Assembly (NCBI GenBank): GCA_017881795.1
Contig: JADGQM010000001.1
Location: 1-49,593 of the forward strand
DNA: 49,593 nt
Direction: 5' to 3'
From: Syntrophobacteraceae bacterium
GTDB lineage: Bacteria; Desulfobacterota; Syntrophobacteria; Syntrophobacterales; Syntrophobacteraceae
The notes under the pieces are model-generated. The model was not told the DNA's origin and did not search any database. It saw only the letters and a list, made by a program, of their open reading frames with translations. Made by a program: the position numbers and the translations under genes. This document shows positions 45,222-49,593 of this stretch, piece after piece. Numbering within the stretch: position 1 is the first letter of the stretch; each line of letters starts with the position of its first letter.

Positions 45222-46583
45222 ATGTCGAATAAGAAAACCATCTTCCGGTGCCAGCAATGTGGTTACGTAAGCCCAAAGTGGCTGGGGCGCTGTCCGGACT
45301 GTCAGAGCTGGCAAGGCCTCGTGGAAGAAATGGCGATAAAGAAATCTTCCCGAGGGGCGAGCTTATCATCGAGGGCCCAACCGCTCGCGCTTGCCGATAT
45401 TCCTTTTGAATCGGAAGACCGCCTCCAGAGTGGCATCGGGGAATGGGACCGGGTGCTCGGCGGCGGGCTCATGCCCGGGTCTATCGTTTTGCTGGCGGGC
45501 GATCCCGGGATCGGCAAGTCTACCCTGCTCCTGCAGGCCATGGCACAACTCGCTCAAACTCGACGGGTGCTCTACGTATCCGGTGAAGAAAGCCCGCAGC
45601 AGCTTAAGCTGAGGGCTCTGCGGCTGAAAATCGAAGCCCCGAACCTCTATATTTTTTCCGAGAATTCGCTCGAAGCTCTGCTGGAAGTCATCGAAGAGAA
45701 GCCCCCGGAGATTGTCGCGGTGGACTCCATCCAAACCTTCCACTCCCGACAGCTCGATCTTGCTCCCGGTTCCATCACCCAGGTCCGGGAATGTACGGCA
45801 CGGCTGATGCGGGAAGCCAAGGAAAGAAATATCGGAATCTTTCTCATCGGCCATGTCACCAAAGAAGGCTCTATTGCCGGGCCCCGCGCCCTCGAACATC
45901 TTGTGGACACGGTGATTTACCTCGAAGGCGATCGCACGCATACATTTCGCCTTCTGCGCGCGGTGAAAAACCGTTATGGCTCAACCAATGAGGTAGGAGT
46001 TTTCGAAATGAAGGAACTGGGACTGGAAGAGGTCCCCAATCCTTCGCAGCTCTTGCTTGCGGAACGCCCCAAAGGGGTGGCCGGTTCCGTCGTGGCCTGC
46101 TCCGTGGAAGGGACGCGCCCGCTTCTAGTGGAGCTTCAAGCCCTGGTGAGCACCACCGGCTGGATGCAGCCGCGACGGACGAGCATGGGGGTGGACAGCA
46201 ATCGGCTGTCACTCCTCCTGGCCGTCCTGGAAAAGAAGCTGGGGTTTAACTTTGCCCAGCATGATGTCTTCGTGAATGTTGCCGGGGGAGTTCGCCTGCT
46301 CGAACCGGCGGTCGATCTCGCCATGACCACAGCTCTGGTAAGCACTTACCTGGATCGGCCGGTGCCGCCGGACCTGGTGATCTGGGGAGAGGTGGGCCTG
46401 GCTGGTGAAGTCCGCGGTGTGGGACACACCGCGATCCGGGCCATGGAAGCAAGCAAAATGGGGTTCTCCAAGTATCTCATGCCGAAGAGCAATGCCGATC
46501 GCTTGTCCCAGGAACTGGCGGGAGACTGCATAGGGGTGCGGTCGTTGCAGGAAGTGCTGGAGATTGTATTCAATAAAGGCTGA
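45222..46583 (+). CDS. radA: DNA repair protein RadA/Sms
   Basis: The zinc ribbon (FRCQQCGYVSPKWLGRCPDCQSW), Walker A (GDPGIGKSTLLLQ), KNRYG motif and Lon-like C-domain are present. The ATG at 45222 follows GGAGGA. The ORF-track start at 44628 runs antisense through trxA. Confidence 0.96.
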   Translation: MSNKKTIFRCQQCGYVSPKWLGRCPDCQSWQGLVEEMAIKKSSRGASLSSRAQPLALADIPFESEDRLQSGIGEWDRVLGGGLMPGSIVLLAGDPGIGKSTLLLQAMAQLAQTRRVLYVSGEESPQQLKLRALRLKIEAPNLYIFSENSLEALLEVIEEKPPEIVAVDSIQTFHSRQLDLAPGSITQVRECTARLMREAKERNIGIFLIGHVTKEGSIAGPRALEHLVDTVIYLEGDRTHTFRLLRAVKNRYGSTNEVGVFEMKELGLEEVPNPSQLLLAERPKGVAGSVVACSVEGTRPLLVELQALVSTTGWMQPRRTSMGVDSNRLSLLLAVLEKKLGFNFAQHDVFVNVAGGVRLLEPAVDLAMTTALVSTYLDRPVPPDLVIWGEVGLAGEVRGVGHTAIRAMEASKMGFSKYLMPKSNADRLSQELAGDCIGVRSLQEVLEIVFNKG

Positions 46584-46625
46584 GAAACTGCCTGAAAATA
46601 TCCTTGTGATTGGTGTTTACCAGGC

Positions 46626-46647
46626 GAGCAGGCTCGCAAGCCTGCTC
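46626..46647. terminator. Hairpin with a 9-bp stem and CGCA tetraloop downstream of radA
   Basis: gagcaggct-cgca-agcctgctc. There is no U-tract on either strand. Confidence 0.35.
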
Positions 46648-46699
46648 TACAACCAAGCCCGCCTTCCGGCAACCCAGGTTCTTGAAGCTGCCACCTGAT

Positions 46700-46755
46700 G
46701 TCCGCAACCCCACATCCAAAATCCCACATCCGCAATCCGCAATCCGCAATCTCTC
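46700..46755. repeat. Heptamer array built on ATCCGCA
   Basis: The units are accccac, atccaaa, atcccac, atccgca x3 and atctctc, with an exact 7-nt period from 46707 to 46755. A tgtccgca precedes them. Confidence 0.93.
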
Positions 46756-46819
46756 AAAACCGGTCCACTAAGTCACACGAAGATTAACGAAGACACACGA
46801 ACTGAATTCACTGTCCTCC

Positions 46820-46884
46820 ATTCGCAATCCGACATCCGCACATCCGCACATCCGAAATCCGACATCCGACATCCGCAATCACCT
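46820..46884. repeat. 7/8-mer array built on ATCCGNC, abutting the mtnA stop codon
   Basis: The units are attcgca, atccgac, atccgcac x2, atccgaa, atccgac x2, atccgca and atcacct. Confidence 0.93.
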
Positions 46885-47933
46885 CAGTCTTCCAGGACCT
46901 TCCTGATGGCCTTGCTATAGGGCTTATTGACAAGTCCCTTCTCGGTGATAATCCCCGTGATGAGGCTATGGGGGGTCACATCGAAGGCGGGGTTTAAGGC
47001 TTGGGCGCCGCCAGGAGCCACAGGTCGGCCATGGAAATGAGTGACCTCGCGAGGGTCACGCTGTTCGATGGGTATGGCCTCTCCATCGGAGATTGTGGGG
47101 TCGATGGTCGATCTCGGGGCGGCAATGTAGAAAGGAATTTTATGATGGTGCGCGAGCACGGCGATCATGTAGGTTCCAATTTTATTCGCGGTGTCTCCAT
47201 TGGCGGCAATACGATCTGCTCCCACCACGACCACGTCCACTTTTTTCTGGCACATCAGGCTGCCGACGGAATTATCGGTGATTAGAGTAACGGGGATGCC
47301 GGCGCGCATCAGTTCATAGACCGTGAGGCGGCATCCTTGAAGGAACGGACGGGTTTCACAAGAGTATACTTGAATGGAAGGATCGACATCATAAGCCGCA
47401 CGGATGACTCCGAGCGCCGTGCCATAGTCGGCCGTTGCAAGCGCACCGGCATTGCAGTAGGTGAGGATGCGTGCGCCGCGAGGAATGATTTTTCGTCCGT
47501 AGGATCCGATGGCTTGATTGTCAACAATGTCTTTGTTCAGGATGGTATCTGCCATCCCCCGGATGTTCGCCTCTAACTCAGCGACGGTTGCGTTCGGATT
47601 TTCCCCGAGAACTGCACAAACTCTCTCAACCGCCCAGCTCAAATTCCTGCCTGTGGGGCGGGCGCGCTTCACTTTTTCGCAAAGGGCAGAAAACTTCCTC
47701 TTGAAGGTCTTCGGATCGGAAGTGCTCAGGTTGCGCGCTCCCAGGGCAAGAGCCATGGCTCCAGCAACCCCTATGGCTGGCGCCCCGCGGATGGCCATAG
47801 TGCTAATGGCCGAAATTACCTGATTGGGGTTCGTGCATCTGAGGGTCCGTTCCCGATGGGGAAGGACTCTTTGATCCAGGATCATCACGGCATCACCATC
47901 CCAGTAGATTGGCGGCAACCATTTTTCCGGCAT
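46884..47933 (-). CDS. mtnA: S-methyl-5-thioribose-1-phosphate isomerase (eIF-2B alpha/beta/delta family)
   Basis: ILDQ..LP, IRGAPAIGVAGA, the CNAGALAT-type motif (YCNAGALATADYGTALGV), GADRIAANGDTANKIGTY and a length of 349 aa all fit. Confidence 0.92.
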   Translation of the reverse strand: MPEKWLPPIYWDGDAVMILDQRVLPHRERTLRCTNPNQVISAISTMAIRGAPAIGVAGAMALALGARNLSTSDPKTFKRKFSALCEKVKRARPTGRNLSWAVERVCAVLGENPNATVAELEANIRGMADTILNKDIVDNQAIGSYGRKIIPRGARILTYCNAGALATADYGTALGVIRAAYDVDPSIQVYSCETRPFLQGCRLTVYELMRAGIPVTLITDNSVGSLMCQKKVDVVVVGADRIAANGDTANKIGTYMIAVLAHHHKIPFYIAAPRSTIDPTISDGEAIPIEQRDPREVTHFHGRPVAPGGAQALNPAFDVTPHSLITGIITEKGLVNKPYSKAIRKVLED

Positions 47934-47990
47934 GTTTGTTTCCTTCTTAATTCATCCACTGAATGAACACGAAAAGCCAGGAAAGCGGCT

Positions 47991-49439
47991 TCAAGGCAGT
48001 TGGTTCCACGACGACGACAATTTCTTCCGCAGGATGTCATTCACCAGTTGCGGGTTGGCCTTGCCTTTCGTTTTTCTCATGATCTGCCCGACAAAGAAGC
48101 CGAGCAATTTCTCGTTGCCCGCTTTGTAACGTTCAACCTCGGTGAGGTTTTCCGCGAGAACCTCGTCGACCACCTTTTCAATGGCGCCTTCGTCCTTTAC
48201 TTGAACCAGTCCGTTTTCCTCAACAATCGCCCGGGCTCGTTTACCAGTGGCGTACATTTGTTCGAAAACGGACTTGGCGATCTTGCCACTTACCGTTCCG
48301 CTATCGATCAGATGGAGCAGCTCTGCAAGATTATCAGGCGCCACCGGGCAGGCCTCGATGTCGCGATCATCTCGTTTGAGCTCTCGCATGAGCTCGGACA
48401 TGATCCAGTTGCTGACCGTTTTCGGCTGAGGAAAAGCGCCAACGGCTGCTTCGAAGTAGTTGGCGAGGGCTTTGGACGACGTCAGCACCTCGCCGTCGTA
48501 AGTCGGCAGGCCGTAGTCGCGGATGAAGCGTTCTCGCTTCGCGTCGGGAAGTTCCGGGAGCTTCGCTCTGACCGCTTCAACCCAGTCGTTTGCGACCACG
48601 ATGGGCACCAGATCGGGATCCGGAAAATAGCGATAATCGTGAGCCTCTTCTTTGCCGCGCATGCTTAGCGTGACGTTGCGGTTGGCATCCCAGAGTCGCG
48701 TTTCCTGAATGACCGGTTCGCCTCGCTCGAGCAAAGCCGTTTGCCTCCGGATTTCAAATTCGAGAGCCCGCTGAACGTTCCGAAAAGAGTTCATATTTTT
48801 AAGTTCCGTCTTCACCCCGAGGGGCTCAGTTCCAAGGGGCCGCAGGGAAATATTGGCATCGCACCGCATACTCCCTTCTTCCATGTTGCCATCACAGATC
48901 TCAAGATATCGCAGGACCTCTCGCAACGTCCTCAAGTAGGCGGCAGCCTCCTCGGGCGTCTGGATGTCCGGTTCACTGACGATCTCCAGGAGCGGCACTC
49001 CCGTTCGGTTGAAGTCAACATAGCTGACGGGTTGAAATTCATCATGAACGAGCTTTCCGGCATCTTCTTCCATATGAATCCGATGAATCCGGATACGCCT
49101 GACCGTGACTTCCGTTGCTACGTCGACCCAACCGTTCCGCGCCAGCGGAAATTCGTACTGGGAAATCTGGTAGCCCTTGGGAAGGTCGGGGTAGAAGTAG
49201 TTCTTCCTGGCGAACTGGCTGTAGGGAGCGATGGTGCAGTGAGTGGCCAGAGCCATCTTCATGGCAAATTCAACAACTTGTTGATTGAGCACGGGAAGCA
49301 CTCCCGGCATGCCCAGGCAGACCGGACACGTGTGAGTATTCGGGCTGGCCCCAAATGTGGTGGTACAGCCACAGAAAATCTTGCTGTCAGTCAAAAGCTG
49401 AGCATGTATTTCTAATCCGATAACCGGTTCAAACCGCAT
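47991..49439 (-). CDS. gatB: Asp-tRNA(Asn)/Glu-tRNA(Gln) amidotransferase subunit B
   Basis: [26 protein letters not shown] and the C-terminal GatB/YqeY domain ([17 protein letters not shown]) are present. Confidence 0.97.
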   Translation of the reverse strand: MRFEPVIGLEIHAQLLTDSKIFCGCTTTFGASPNTHTCPVCLGMPGVLPVLNQQVVEFAMKMALATHCTIAPYSQFARKNYFYPDLPKGYQISQYEFPLARNGWVDVATEVTVRRIRIHRIHMEEDAGKLVHDEFQPVSYVDFNRTGVPLLEIVSEPDIQTPEEAAAYLRTLREVLRYLEICDGNMEEGSMRCDANISLRPLGTEPLGVKTELKNMNSFRNVQRALEFEIRRQTALLERGEPVIQETRLWDANRNVTLSMRGKEEAHDYRYFPDPDLVPIVVANDWVEAVRAKLPELPDAKRERFIRDYGLPTYDGEVLTSSKALANYFEAAVGAFPQPKTVSNWIMSELMRELKRDDRDIEACPVAPDNLAELLHLIDSGTVSGKIAKSVFEQMYATGKRARAIVEENGLVQVKDEGAIEKVVDEVLAENLTEVERYKAGNEKLLGFFVGQIMRKTKGKANPQLVNDILRKKLSSSWNQLP

Positions 49440-49593
49440 CTCCGACTCTCTTTTCTCGGCGCAATCACCATTTCAGGGCAGGAAAGATTCCTCAAAAGGT
49501 CTTGGGGCCTTCAGGCGCCGGTCGTGGCTGCGCAAAAAAGCCTGCCGCAGCCGGGATAGCCTTCCAGCAGGCTATTGAAAAACCATCAAAGGG

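Overview
The window is a gene-dense chromosomal segment (mid-50s % GC by eye) from a Gram-negative bacterium, shown by BamD, an AsmA/YhdP-like protein and type-A RNase P RNA. A Desulfobacterota/Deltaproteobacteria-like origin is only a guess, based on gene content and an 'IPAKAGIQ'-type REP element. Most of it is housekeeping. Confident calls on the minus strand are typA, cysS, ispD, ispF, murA, prmC, prfA, rpmE, rho, bamD, trxA, mtnA, gatB, comEC and a DEAD-box helicase. Confident calls on the plus strand are radA, galE, aroK, an M16C peptidase, a Zn/Cd-type P1B ATPase and an AsmA-like giant protein. Two structured RNAs are clear on the minus strand: tmRNA (15143-15496) and RNase P RNA (28222-28608). 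I found no tRNA, rRNA, CRISPR array, transposase or integrase.

Five things deserve a second look:
- A recurrent family of perfect 7-8 nt tandem repeat arrays sits in intergenic regions and at gene 3' ends. The arrays are at 21-76, 26809-26832, 38208-38337, 39678-39777, 40635-40650 and 46700-46884, and a CACGAAG-based 25-bp-stem palindrome lies at 11698-11755. They resemble cyanobacterial STRR heptamers and share unit sequences between loci.
- An accessory-looking islet next to tmRNA (about 11.5-15.1 kb) holds a bacterial-type PARG macrodomain protein, a lone IHF-like gene, a ParE/RHH toxin-antitoxin pair, a tailed tautomerase, and an AT-rich gap with an orphan promoter, small ORF and terminator.
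- A tightly packed set of three genes on the same strand encodes a 46-aa ultra-basic protein, an RdgC-like protein and a membrane-anchored helical protein (21986-24402).
- A secreted pair at 322-5631 combines a FecR-domain protein (Asn/Ile-rich and Pro/Gln-rich low-complexity regions) with a seven-repeat SBBP/PKD protein.
- The mtnA 3' flank carries 12 GGAU motifs at 7-8 nt spacing.

All functional calls come from motif recognition in the translations and from reading the DNA. No database search was run.
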